A stretch of DNA of 64,000 bases from positions 77,004,001 through 77,068,000 of the forward strand of contig JANJGN010000009.1 of the NCBI GenBank assembly GCA_026770705.1. The letters run 5' to 3'. This document shows positions 11,960 to 23,492 of this stretch, in pieces. The stretch's first letter is position 1. Each line of letters opens with the position of its first letter. This DNA is from Isurus oxyrinchus. Taxonomy: Eukaryota. The position numbers and the translations under genes are program-made. The notes under the pieces are model-generated. The model ran no database searches and was not told the origin of the DNA. It was given only the letters and a program-made list of their open reading frames with translations.

Positions 11960-12500
11960 TGTTTCCATGACCATGTTACTTACAGTGCCGAAATTGGATA
12001 ACAACGCATGAATACTATACTGGTCTAAAGGAACTCAACAGTTAGCTCGGTCACCGCTAGCAAAGTTGCTCACTGATTTTGTTTCACTCCGCTGAAGAAA
12101 GGATCACTTAAAACATTGTACCTTCTCCAAACAGTAAGTGTGAAAACGCTTTAGTGTGATCAGCAACTAACGAAAGGAGGAAAATATCTGTAAGGTTACT
12201 TCAGGGTGGAAAATTCATTTTTTTTCACGGCCCGGCAAAAATAATTAAGTACCTTTGGATTATATTTCCCTTCCACCGTACAGTAGAAATTCCAGCCCTG
12301 AAGTTTGTCGCATATGGAAAGCGGAGCGAATGACATCATTCTGTTACATCCAGTGAGGGGCTTCTAGCTGCCCCTTAAAGCTGCACTGTCCGTGCATAAA
12401 ACATTGCCAGCAACTCAAAATAAATCTCACTGAAGGGTTGCTTTAATTGACCGAGAGGAAAAAAGAACATTTTTGTGCTGGTTATGAGTCAGATATTTTC
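11960..12500 (-). promoter_or_regulatory. Candidate promoter / 5' UTR exon region of the minus-strand gene
   Basis: Unique DNA with more CpGs than its flanks. Minus-strand donor-like sites at ~11983, ~12121 and ~12252. CRE-like TGACATCA at 12331-12338 and AP-1 TGAGTCA at 12485-12491. Confidence 0.35.
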
Positions 12501-12860
12501 CCCGTCATATTGTTTTGTGAATTTAAATGAGAAGCAGCTTTGCAGTAAAGATCGCAAAATCTGGCAGAGTTTAACGTGTACTCTGGCTTGAAAAAAATAT
12601 GAATGTGTGTAAATGCAAACACGGCTAGGTCATTCGGATTGGATAGAATTGTTCAAAAACTTTTGAACTTTTTTTCTCCTGAACACCCACCCAGAAATGT
12701 GAAGAATTTACTGGATGGAGCACTGTCCATGGTGGCAATGACCTCTCGGAAAGCTTTTTACATTTACATTTTATATTTTATAATAGATGTCGAGCACTAT
12801 GCAGCAGTTGGCACGGCCGCAAACTGTCAGTCACCCCAAAAGCAGATCGCCTAAATATGG

Positions 12861-12959
12861 TTCTGAGGAAAGATCATCGACCGGACACGTTAGCTCTGCT
12901 TGTCTATTCACGGACGCTGCCTGACTACTGAGTACTTCCAGCATTTTCTGTTTTTATTC
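12861..12959 (+). mobile_element. Penelope-like 3' tail (family A), degenerate
   Basis: tctgaggaaagatcatcgaccggacacgttagctctg...cagcattttctgtttttatt is similar to the arms at 11090-11298. Confidence 0.65.
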
Positions 12960-14079
12960 TGTTATGATCCTTGGCCAGAACCCCCCCCCCCCCCCCCAAA
13001 GTTGTTGGTGAGGTCCACTTAGGGACCAATAACGCTTTTAAAGCCTGAGATTCAAAACACTTGCTAACAGAATAAAGCACAAGATACCACAGTTTAAAAT
13101 AAAATAAACTTTACTATACAAGGTCAGAAAGATAAAACAATTTGCAATTTCTATCTTATACTTCAACATTCAGGGTAAATATGAGGTACATATGAATTAA
13201 CAGGGAAACTGTGGTCGGACATGCTGCACTACACAATAAATGACAGATGCAACCAAAACAGACTGTATAGATTCCTCAACAACCCACCCACCCACCCACG
13301 CCTTAGTCACACTGTGAGTCAACTAATCTTACCGAAACTCCATCACAAGGGTTTCCCATCTTCACATTCAAAGAACCCGCCTTGGAATTCTCTCCAAAAG
13401 TCATCCCAACTCAGGTGGCTTAAACAACATCTCACCTCACAGGGTTTCAATCTTGCCTCCAGATATTCCATTTCCCTGGATTCCCAAGTGCACTCAAGCA
13501 TTAATTTACAAGCACAATTTCAGCTCTTCGACCATACGAGTAGAATACTACTGCTCCTAAGGAGGGGCCTTTGTCCCAGCGGCCTGCAGCACGGAGTCAC
13601 CAACCTTTGGCTGTCTTCTTGGATCTTCAGGGCTTCTTCCAAATCCTCATCTATTTCCAGGGTTTCTCCCGAGCCCACTTCACTTAAGTCTGCTCCCCCC
13701 AGTCATTTTCTCCAATTGGAGCCTGTTTCTCTGCTCCTTCCTTTTAACTGAACTTAACTGGGACCAGTTACTGTCCCCTGTTTTTGTCTGGGACTCTTCT
13801 TCGTGGAACCTCTCCTTGTTCCCTCTTCCTTGTCCCTCTCTCTGGCACATTTGCTGGCAATGGTACTCCACACCCAGTCACCTGACCTGGGCTTTTTATG
13901 CCTTTTTTTCTCTATATGTACACACACAGGACCTGTCCTGGGCCTGAAGAGTGTAAAGAGGTAGAACTGCACATGTGCAGCACGCTCACAGCTTGTGCAT
14001 GCACAGGAAATTTGAAAACTGTCAGGGCTTGGAGTTCCCAACTTCCAAACTCAGCAAGGTAAGTATAGATTTCATAACA
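12960..14079 (-). mobile_element. Solo LTR
   Basis: Inverted termini tgttatga...tcataaca and perfect 4-bp TSD ATTC (12956-12959 / 14080-14083). Orientation is tentative. Confidence 0.85.
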
Positions 14080-14098
14080 ATTCCTAAGCAGGATTACT

Positions 14099-14219
14099 GC
14101 TTGGCTCAATCAGTGCCATGCTTGCCTCAGAGTCAGAAGGTCAGTCATTCAAGATCCACTCTAGAATTCAAGTGCACAATCATTGGAACTGGCCATTGGA
14201 TGAGACATTAAACCAAGAC
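14099..14219 (+). mobile_element. tRNA-derived SINE head (SacSINE1/DeuSINE-like)
   Basis: ggctcaatc..cttgcctcagagtcagaagg..ttcaagatccactc has A/B-box-like motifs, followed by gatgagacattaaacc. Confidence 0.6.
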
Positions 14220-15534
14220 ATGTCCTGTTTGACAAATTTCTTAGAGGTTTTTGATGATGTGACAAGCAGGGTAGATAAAGGGGAATCAGTAGATGTACTA
14301 TACCTGGATTTCCCAAAGGCATTCAATAAGGTGCTAGACAAAAGGCTAAAAGGCAAAATAAGCTCATGGAGTTGGAGGTAATATATTAACATGGACAGAG
14401 GATTGGGTAATGGAGAGGAGGCAAAGGGTGGGCATAAATGGAGCATTTTCAAGATAGTATGCTGTGACTAGTGGAGTGCAAGGATCTATACTGGGGTCTC
14501 CGCTATTTATAAGCTATATTATTGACTTAGATGAAGAGACAGGGAGTAATGTATCAAAGTTTGCTGTAGATGGAAAGATAAGCCCTAGGGAGGACATAGA
14601 GAGGCTGCAAAGAGATATAGATTGTGAGTGGGCAATAAGGCCAATGGAGTATAATGTGGGGAAGTATGAAGTTATTCACATTGGTCACAAGAAAATGTGA
14701 GGATGGATTTTTAAAAATATTTTTGGGAATATGGTGGTATTCTGTAAAGAAGGGTGTGTGTGTGTGTGATTAACTTGGAGGAAGGTTAGTAAAGAAGGCT
14801 TGTCTGTGAGAATAGAGTGATGAAAGGTAAAGGGGCTAAATGCATGCATTTGTAATGAGAGGTTACGGTGAAGTGGAATTTCAAGTAAATAAATTGAGTT
14901 TTAAAATTTGCATTAGATGATAGATAGGAATTTCACTTTTCAGCTGTTACATTTCAAAGGGGATTTAGAAGTGTCAAGTGACTTTTACAACTTACAAAGG
15001 TTTCATAACTAAACAAGGGAAGTTTATTCAATTTTATTTGACCCAAAAGTGGAGGCAATAGGAAAACATGAAAGGTTTCCATATTTTGGGAAAATTGAGT
15101 TCAAATAGGTGCTTAGAACAATGGAGTCTAAGTTCAAAGAGGGAAAGGATATTTAAGAAAAAATGTTTGGTTAATTTGTGTTGGCTATGTGTGGGAAATG
15201 TCTTGAGACCAACTCTGTGCTGAGAAAAATTGTGAATTTGAAGCAGCCACCCAGTTTCAAGCCAGAAAAGTCTTTGTTTTCAGAAAGAAATCTTTTTCTG
15301 AACCTTTCTTTCTGGAATTTCCACAGCAGAGTGAAAGAGAGTGAGAAGTCATGTGGTATTCCTTACTAAATGATAGCAGTTTTTACCTTGGGTAATATTA
15401 CTGGAATTTATGGTCAAAATTTGTATGGGAGCTGTTGCCAAGTAGTTTACTTGTGTGTTCTGACAAAGTGAGTCCTTTTCGAGAATGTTTTGCAAGACTG
15501 CTTTAACTGTGTAATTTTATTCTTGTGTTTTTAA

Positions 15535-16788
15535 GGCCAAAATTTTCCTGCCCCATTGGCATTGGGCGTCATGGAGGGGACAATATGGTGAGAAGGCCAA
15601 AAATCAGCTTCTCGCCATCGTCAATGATGAGCTGCATTTCCTGCCACTGCACACCAGAAACCTAATTTCAATACTTTAGCATCTCATTATAAGCCCTGCT
15701 CAGTGGAATCATCCCCCAATGCTGGATCATCCAGGCACATCGGTGTGATTGCACACCAATATGTTCCACAACTGTACATAAGCAACATGCACCTGGCAAG
15801 CTGCACTTTGCTCAGGACTTCAAGATTTGTTTGCCTACCTTGCTTCATGCAGCACTTGTGGTCATCAGCGCCAGATTTCGTAGGCAGCACCACACCACTT
15901 TGCGGGCAATCACAGGCAGGTCTCTACCAACCAGACCAGCCAAAAGACAGAGGTGGCTTCTCAATGGCTGTAGGGCTAGGGCTTGCTTGGAGAAGGGGGA
16001 GAAGTGGCCTCAGTCAAGGGAAGAGGCTGCAGGGTGAGGGCTGTACTGGGGAAGGGGGTATCCCAGGGTGTGTTTGGGGACACGTGTTGATCTGTGCAAG
16101 TTGCCTCAAGATGGTGAGGGCTGAGGGGGCAGTCTCCAGAGGAGATGAGCCCAGATGGACATGTGAGGGAATGTGTGAGAGAGAGTGAGTGGTGATGTTC
16201 CTTAAGCTGGCAGTGAGTGAGATGCCGATGAATGTGTGATGGCCTTGTGAGTGTGTGAGTTTAGAGTAATGAGATTGTTGCCTTACTCTGGCAGCACGAA
16301 TGAGATCATTCATCCATTTTCTGCACTGGATGGCTGAACTCTTGTGAACAATATTGGCATTGACCACCTCTGCCACCACCTCCCAAGCCGGAATGTTGAA
16401 ACTGATAGGCCCCCTGTGGCCAGATCGACTGTAGGGGACATGGTGGTGAGCTTCCATGATATCCAGAAGGCGTCCCGGGATGCATGACTGAATTAGGGCT
16501 GCACTCTTCTTGGCCTTTGGGGCCATGTCTTCACCGGAGCTATCTTGGGCTGCAAGCATTGAGAACTGCACAGCTGCTGTTTAAATACAGCGCCCTGCAT
16601 GAGGAAGCAGCAAAGTAACAGGCTGACGGGCAAATTGGAGGCTGCCTGCCAGTGAGATGGCATGTTTCCTGTGGCTACATACAGAAATGGGATGATACAG
16701 CGTGAAAACCTGCCATTGCGGTCAGTGGGTAAAACAACATTTTCCTGCCCACTACCACACATTGTGCAAATCTCTGACGATTCTGCCC
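15535..16788 (-). mobile_element. Non-autonomous PIF/Harbinger retaining Myb/SANT exon 1
   Basis: TIRs ggccaaaattttc / gacgattctgccc with perfect TAA TSD. Minus ORF MAPKAKK..AWEVVAEVV..QCRKWMNDLIRAAR ends at a gtaag donor. Confidence 0.88.
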
Positions 16789-16941
16789 TAAGTTTTCTTT
16801 TTCCTTATTATTAATAAATCTTTACATTTTAACACCCTAAGAATGTTCCTGGGATTCGATATTTCTGGGATCATTAGTTTTCCCCTCCTTTTCAAAATAC
16901 AAAAAAAAGTTACGATCAGTAAGACAGGTTTCCCTCTGGGA

Positions 16942-17043
16942 TAAAAACAGTAAGTGCTGGAAAAACTCAGCAGGCCTGGCAGCATCAATGGAGAGAGAAA
17001 TAAGAGTTAACGTTTCAAGTCCATATGACTCTTCTTCAGAGCT
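16942..17043 (-). mobile_element. Penelope-like 3' tail (family A) with hammerhead motif
   Basis: Reverse complement reads ctgaagaagagtcatatggacttgaaacgttaactc. Flanked by near-duplicated ttccctc(c)tgg(g)a. Confidence 0.75.
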
Positions 17044-17310
17044 TCCCTCCTGGATTTGTCTTGTTCAGCGAATAACATCAGTTGCAGTCATAACAAAGAG
17101 AAAAGCAGAATATTTTTTAAAAGGTATGAAACTTGTAAATGTTGATGCTCAGAGAAACCAGGGTGTGTCCATACAATGAACGCAGAAAGTTAGCATGCTG
17201 AAACAGCAAGCAATTTAGAAGGCAAACGGCATGTTAGCCTTCAATGCTAGGGGATTGGAGTACAGGAATAAAGGTGTCTTGCTACAATTCTGCAGTGCTT
17301 TGGTGAAATA

Positions 17311-18523
17311 CATAAGACCATAAGACATAGGAGCAGAAGTTAGGCCATTCAGCCCATCAAGTCTGCTCCACCATTCAATCATGGCTGATAAGTTTCTCAA
17401 CCCCATTCTCCCACCTTCTCCCTGTAACCTTTGATTCCCTTACCAATCAAGAACTTATCTATCTCGGTCTTAAATACATTCAATGACCTGGCCTCCACAG
17501 CCTTCTGTGGCAATGAATTCCATAGATTCACCACTCTCTGGCTAAAGAAGTTTCTCCTCATCTCTGTTCTAAAACGTCTTCTCTTTACTCTGAGTCTGTG
17601 CCCTCGGGTCCTAGTCTCTCCTACTAATGGAAACATCTTCCCCATGTCCACTCTATCCAGGCCTTTCAGTATTCTGTAAGTTTCAATCAGATCCCCCCTC
17701 ATCCTTCTAAACTCCCCATCGAGTATAGACCCAGAGTCCTCAAACGTAACTCATATGTTAAGCCTTTCATTCCTGGGATCATTCTCGTGAACCTCCTCTG
17801 GACCCTCTCCAGGGCCAGCACATCCTTCCTTAAAAAGCCTCAGCAGCATATCCCTGCTTTTATATTCTAGTCCTCTCAAAATAAATGTCAACATTGCATT
17901 TGCCTTCCTGACTACCGACTCAACCTGCAAGTTAACCTTAAGAGAATCCTGGACTAGGACTCCCAAGTCCCTTTGCACTCCAGATTTTTGAATTCTCTCC
18001 CCATTTAGAAAATAGTCTATGCCTCTATTCTTCCTACCAAAGTGCATGACCTCACAGTTCCCCACGTTGTATTCCATCTGCCACTTATTTGCCCATTCTC
18101 CTAACCTGTCTAAATCCTTCTGCAGCCTCCCTGCCTCCTCAATACTACCTGTCCCTCCACCTATCTTTGTATCATCTGCAAACTTAGCCAGAATGCCCTC
18201 AGTCCCTTCATCTAGATCATTAATGTATAAAGTGAAAAGTTGTGGTCCTAACACTGACTCTTGCAGAATTCCATTAGTCACCTGCCATCATCCTGAGAAG
18301 GACCCCCTTATCCCCACTCTCTGCCTCCTGCCAGACAGCCGATCTTCTATCCATGCTAGTACCTTGCCTCTAACACCATGAGTTCTTATCTTACTGAGCA
18401 GCCTCCTGTGCGGCACCTTGTCAAAGGCCTTCTGGAAGTCCAAGTAGATAACATCCATTGGCTCTCCTTTGTCTAACCTGTGCGTTACCTCCTCAAAGAA
18501 TTCTAACAGATTTGTCAGGCATG
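17311..18523 (-). mobile_element. Younger 5'-truncated CR1 (HER1-like) LINE
   Basis: ORF pieces YLDFQKAFDKVPH, QESVLGPQLF..KFADDTKIGG and MRGDLIETYRIL..FFSQRVVNLWNSLP. Tail ends in tatgtcttatggtcttatgt repeats. Confidence 0.93.
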
Positions 18524-18984
18524 AGATATTGTGTGTAGCTTTGGTCCCCAGGTTTAAGGAAGGATATACTTGCATCAGAGGTGGTACAACCAAGATTCGC
18601 TAAATTGGTTTCTGGGATGAGGGGGTTGTCCTATGATGAGAGCCTGAGTAAATTGGGCCTATATTCTCTGGAGTTTAGAAGAATGAGAGATGATCTCATT
18701 GAAACATACAAGATTCTGAAGGGGCTCGACAGGGTAGATGCTAAGTGATCATTTCCTCTCGTCAAGGAATCAAAAACTTGGGGTAGAGTCTCAGGATAAG
18801 GTGCCAATCATTTAGGACTGAGATGAAGAGAAATTACTTCATTCAAATGGTTGAGAATCTTTGGAATTCTCTACCCCGAGAGTTGCCGATGCTCCATCAT
18901 TGAATATATTTAAGGCTGGGATAGACAGATTTTTGGTCTCTCAGGGAATCAAGGGATATGGAGAGTGGGTGAGAAAGTGGGACC

Positions 18985-19435
18985 ACACGTTGTGTGGGAA
19001 ACAGTCACTCAACATGATTTTCTCAGAGCAACCAATTAATGGCCAGAATATGGCCTCACTGTCCAATTAATGCTGGTGGGTGGGTTCTTGAAGCTAGAGT
19101 CAGTCAGAGACCATCCAGCTTGAAATCAGCAGCAAGCTGCAATGAAAGGTAAGTGAGGGAGAAGGCACTTTAAAATGGGGATGCCCTCTCCTCTCCAACT
19201 TCTTTAAGGTTTAAACAAAAAATGTTTTTTGCATCTAAGCCACCATCTTGAAGGGTGGGGTTTGAAGCCAAGGTCCCCTCTACAGTGTAGGCATCAGCTG
19301 CTGCTGCACCCAGGCAGGCAAGAGGGCCTCTAAGCCTGCCTGGGGTACTGCCCCCCTCCCGCCACCCCACCCTGGTCTGCTGATGAAAGGCCACCTCTAG
19401 CCAGTGAAACTGGCCCCCTTTGCTTCCAAGTGTTC
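18985..19435 (-). mobile_element. Harbinger-type MITE arm
   Basis: High-identity inverted match to ~38755-39185, the right arm of the 32540-39244 element. Confidence 0.75.
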
Positions 19436-19539
19436 TTGTGTTCTGTTCTGATAGTCCACATGGATGATAGAGAACTCATAGCAGAACAGATGGTCATTCA
19501 AGTGTCTTGATAAACAATGCACCTTTAACCAAAGCCACC

Positions 19540-19703
19540 AAAGATTGATTAATCAGTCATTTATCTCAATGCAGTGCTATTAGTGAGATCATATAGTGTG
19601 CATTATGTTGCTGTACTTGCCTACAACAAATATTGCAATCTACATAGGACTTTGAAATTTCCTCAAGCAAAATAACACAGTGCTATATAAATGCAAATTC
19701 TTT
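19540..19703 (+). mobile_element. SINE 3' portion with L2-type tail
   Basis: Ends gtgctatataaatgcaaattcttt. May be the distal half of the SINE that starts at 14099. Confidence 0.5.
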
Positions 19704-20703
19704 ATTCTATCTTCTCGACTGTAATATTACGCAAAGAAACTGCTTAAAAAAAACAGGCAACAGCGAAATAAGCAAATGTTCCTTTCTTCACAAGTAAACT
19801 ATGGGTTTGTGATTCTGGCAGTTGCACCTCTCCCCTGGAAATTATCAACAGTAAGTAGCTGGTCATTTTCCCACTTACCTGTGCTATCAGGTTCTCTTGT
19901 GGAGTTTTATCTAGCTTTATTATTAATATTACCACATTAGCTCTGTCTTCAGTTTGTTGCATTTGTCAAAGTTTTTCTATGTAGCGAAAATATTTTCATT
20001 TACACCACATTACTAAAAGTAAACATAGGCTCAACGTCATTGTCAGTCTTGCTGTAATGTATTTTAGCTTTTAACATCATAATCAATACACCTGACTCAT
20101 TTAACGTGTAGCTGCCTATAATTATTTTGCTAGAATTAATTGCTCACATACTTTTAGTCTCATAACAGGTTGCCTGTTGTGCACTGGACAATAAACAAAC
20201 ATTTAATTGACCTGAAGCAATTCCTGATAAAAGTAGTTAGCTACTTCCTTCAAGTTGAAAACTTTTCTTGATTTTTGAGCTCATTGAGCTTAATGTCAGC
20301 ATTTGGCCTTAAATCTCAATATCTGGTTTAATTTTCTTTCATTGTCTACTAAAGTGGGGCTTTACTTCCAATTCCTTACCTGCAGTGTAATAAATGGATG
20401 GTTCCAACAAAGTAATTGTTTTTCTTATTGACAGCAATAACCTCAATCTAAGATGATTTTGATTATGACACTTGTGGCTGTTTTGCTGCAAGATGGGCAG
20501 AAGTGCCATGGATATAATAAAACCATATTAGCTAAGCCTATTACAGACATGTCCAACTATAGAAAATTACCAAAGGTTGACAGTGAAACCATTGAGGAAA
20601 ACAGTTCATAATAGTGACAGAATAACAACAGATCTGTCAAGGTAAAAATGAGGCACTGTTATGAAAAATATTAACAAATATAATTTGTTAAATAGTTGTT
20701 TGA

Positions 20704-21435
20704 TAGTACAGAACTTGAGTATTGCTGAAAAAAATGCATTTTGTTAGAGCTTTTCATCTTGCACTAATCAGGACTATTTGCAAGAATACCAAATGTAAAT
20801 GGAACAAACAACAATTTATACTTTGTGAGAAAAGAGTGCTGATTGGCAAGTGGACTCTGATTGGTGGAGGTGTTGCCTTGGAGAATGAACCAGTTAACTG
20901 ATGGTTGACAGTTAACTGCCAAGCTTTGTTTAAATTCAAACCAGTCAGGTTGACTCTGATTGGTCAAGGCATTGCCCTGGGGAATGAACCAAAGAATAGA
21001 GGTCACCTTTTTTTGTTTATTTGAAACAGTTGCAATGTGAGTATGTATTTTTTCTGTCTGCAAACAACAGGGCCCTGTGTATTAATATATGTAGCACTTT
21101 TACATACTAGAAGCATTGCACCTGCTTCAACTAGACAAAAGAGGTGACAGCTATTCTCTAATTCATTCTCCAGGGCAATGCCTTGACCAATCAGAGTCAA
21201 CCTGACTGGTTTGAATTTAAACAAAGCTTGGCAGTTAACTGACAGTCATCAGTTAACTGGTGCATTCTCCATGGCAACACCTCTACCAATCAGAGTCCAC
21301 TTGCCAGCCAATCAGCACTCTATTCTCATGAAATATAAATTGTTGGTTGCTCCATTTACATTTGGTATTCTTGCGAACTGTCCTGATGAGTGCAAGATGA
21401 AAAGCTTCCACAACTTGCGTCTTTTTCAGCAAACC
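20704..21435. mobile_element. Penelope-like element (family B): two inverted 3' ends
   Basis: Left arm is on the minus strand (ATYINTQGPVVCRQK, GIY-YIG ORF end) and the right arm on the plus strand. About 300 bp of inverted homology. Both match 42650-43010. Confidence 0.88.
21378..21413 (+). ncRNA. Minimal type I hammerhead ribozyme motif (degenerate)
   Basis: ctgtc-CTGATGA-gt gcaag at-GAAA-agc-TTC-cacaa. The core is intact and stem III is palindromic (aagctt). Stem I has mismatches. Confidence 0.65.
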
Positions 21436-21691
21436 TCAAATATTAATATAACTTTGAACAAAAAATAAACCCTTTAGACATCCCTTCATGATCAATGTTT
21501 GTTAGCTTTACTAACGAAAGTAATTTAGCACTGCCAGTGGAAAAATAACAGAAATACCACTAAAAATATTGGAGCCAGGCCAATCCAAGGTATTAACTTA
21601 TCATTTTTTCAGATATTTATTGATTTTTGTACAATTGCAGTACTTTCTATTTTACATTAAAACTACTTTACTGACTTAAGTATGGTTAAAA

Positions 21692-22128
21692 GGCCTGAAT
21701 CTCTCCAACCAAATCACAATAGGGGAGGATTAATCTTTCCTTGTGGGGCTCAGAGGAGCACTCTTACACACTCTCCACAAGGAGAGTAAAAAATAAAATT
21801 TAAAACTTACCTTTTTGGGCTTCTTCAGGCCCCAGTCCACACTCCCTCACTAAGTCTGCCTGGCAAGAAACACACTGCTGCTTTCTGCTGAATTTGCCTA
21901 GTAAAAATTGCAGTTGGATCCCAATGATAATCTTGGAACCTGACTTGCATATGTTAAAATGAACTTCTCCCCAGCTTTGGATGTGTACTATTCCCAGTTG
22001 TTTAGGAGAAGAGATGAAAACTACACCAGGTCATTTCTCAGCAGCACTGAGGTGAGTAAGTGACCTGGAAGATTTTAAATGTCCACTCACCTGGTTTTTG
22101 CCAGGTCAGCAGGGTTAAACTCATTCCC
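21692..22128. mobile_element. Old MITE-like repeat
   Basis: ggcctgaatc..aaactcattccc ends. Internal segment resembles 7925-8020. Confidence 0.4.
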
Positions 22129-22344
22129 AATATTTTCTATTTTGTAATTTATTCTTACTCTTCTAATCAGATAATTCTATTATCATGTATTTACATCAAC
22201 TGGTTTTTCTTGGGTTTTTTTTGTTTCCAATTTGAAATAAATCAGAATGATAACCATAGCATTAAATTTATTCCCCACCTTTCCCATCCCAGTCACTTAG
22301 TGGACCATGAATGATGTCACATAGAGTAAAAACTTAGAAAAGAC

Positions 22345-22760
22345 TCACATCAAATAATGCCTTAGAAGTGCTCAGGACATCCCAAAGTGCTTTACGGCCA
22401 ATTATTTGCTTCTTCAAATTATTGGCACTGTGTTTTGTAGGCAAATGTATAACAGCCATTTTTCACACAGCAGGACCTCAAAAACAGCAAGTGAGACAAA
22501 CAATCAGTGAAACTGTTTTGGTGATGTTAGTTAAGGGATAAATATTGGTTAAGACATTGTAAGAGCTACTTTTCTTCAAATGTTACAAACGGGTCTTTTA
22601 CATTCACATCTAAGGCATATGGGCCATCAATTTAACATCTCATATGCAAAAATAGCAATTTTGGAAAAGCAGCCATCCTTCAATACTGGATTGAAGTGTC
22701 CTGATTATGTGCACAAATGCTGGAATAGGCTTAAACCATGAATTTAAGAGACAAGTGAGC
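22345..22760 (-). mobile_element. SacSINE1/DeuSINE-like SINE
   Basis: caggacatcccaaagtgctttac..gggataaatattgg..tttaacatctcat..ttaaaccatg is the reverse of the head/body seen at 14099 and 19540. Confidence 0.7.
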
Positions 22761-22881
22761 TAAAAATCAAGCAAGTTACAAAGGAACAGTGTGTGAAGGA
22801 CATCGTTTAATTATAATTCTCAGCAAGAAAGTGATTGTCATGGCAGCACAGATGGTCCAAACATTTAAAGAAACAAAAGCA

Positions 22882-23435
22882 GTTTACATTTATTAGCATC
22901 TGTAATAATAAATCATCCCAAAATGCCTCGCAGGAACATTATCAAACAAAATTTGACACTGAGCCCATAAAGGAGATATTGTGACAAGTGACAAAAACTT
23001 GATCAAAGATCTGGGTTTAAAGAGGCATCTTAAAGTACAAAAGAATGATAGAGAGGCAGAGAGGCTTGAGGAGGGAATTCGAGGACTTGGGGCCTGGGCA
23101 GCTGAAGGCATGGCCACCAATGTTGGAGCAATTAATATTGAGGATTTGTAAGTGTTTGGAATTGGAGATGTGCAGAGATCTTGTTCTTGGAGGTTGAAGG
23201 GCTGGTGGAGATTACAGAGATTAGGAGGGGAGATTCCATGATGAAGTTTGAGAACAAGGATGAGAATTTTATAATCGAGGCCGGGAGCTAATGTCGGTCA
23301 GCCAGCGCAAGGGTGAATAGGACTTGGTGCAAGTTAGGATATGGGCAGCAGCAGAACTTTGAATGAGCTCAAGTTTTGATAGAGTGGAAGAGCTGGTTAG
23401 AAAAGCTTGGAATAGTAAAGACTAAGCAATAATCA
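22882..23435 (-). mobile_element. L2 LINE 3' fragment
   Basis: catcccaaaatgcctcgcagg..aaaatttgacactgag..gggaattc..gctgaaggcatggccaccaatg is typical of an L2 3' end in reverse. Confidence 0.7.
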
Positions 23436-23492
23436 AAGTGGAATGAGAATCAGCAAGGAAACATTCACAGGAATTATTTTGAGCAGAACAGT

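Larger units (their letters stand above)
14696..17095 (+). mobile_element. Solo LTR interrupted by a Harbinger and a Penelope tail
   Basis: tgtgagg...tcataaca exactly interrupts the CR1. AATAAA at ~16813. TSD is imperfect (aaaa/aaga). Confidence 0.7.
14220..18980 (+). mobile_element. CR1 LINE ORF2/3' fragment split by nested insertions (pieces 14220-14695, 17096-17310, 18524-18980)
   Basis: SCLTNFLEVFDDVTSRVDKGESVDVLYLDFPKAF and QGSILGSPLF..KFAVDGK (RT). The sequence resumes colinearly after each insert. Confidence 0.85.

Noticed and set aside
13221-13751. 176-aa ORF
   Set aside because: Falls inside a TSD-bounded solo LTR and has no recognisable domain.
20470-20600. Faint resemblance to a Penelope RT N-terminal region (..DMSNYRKLPK)
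   Set aside because: Too short and degenerate to support without a profile search.
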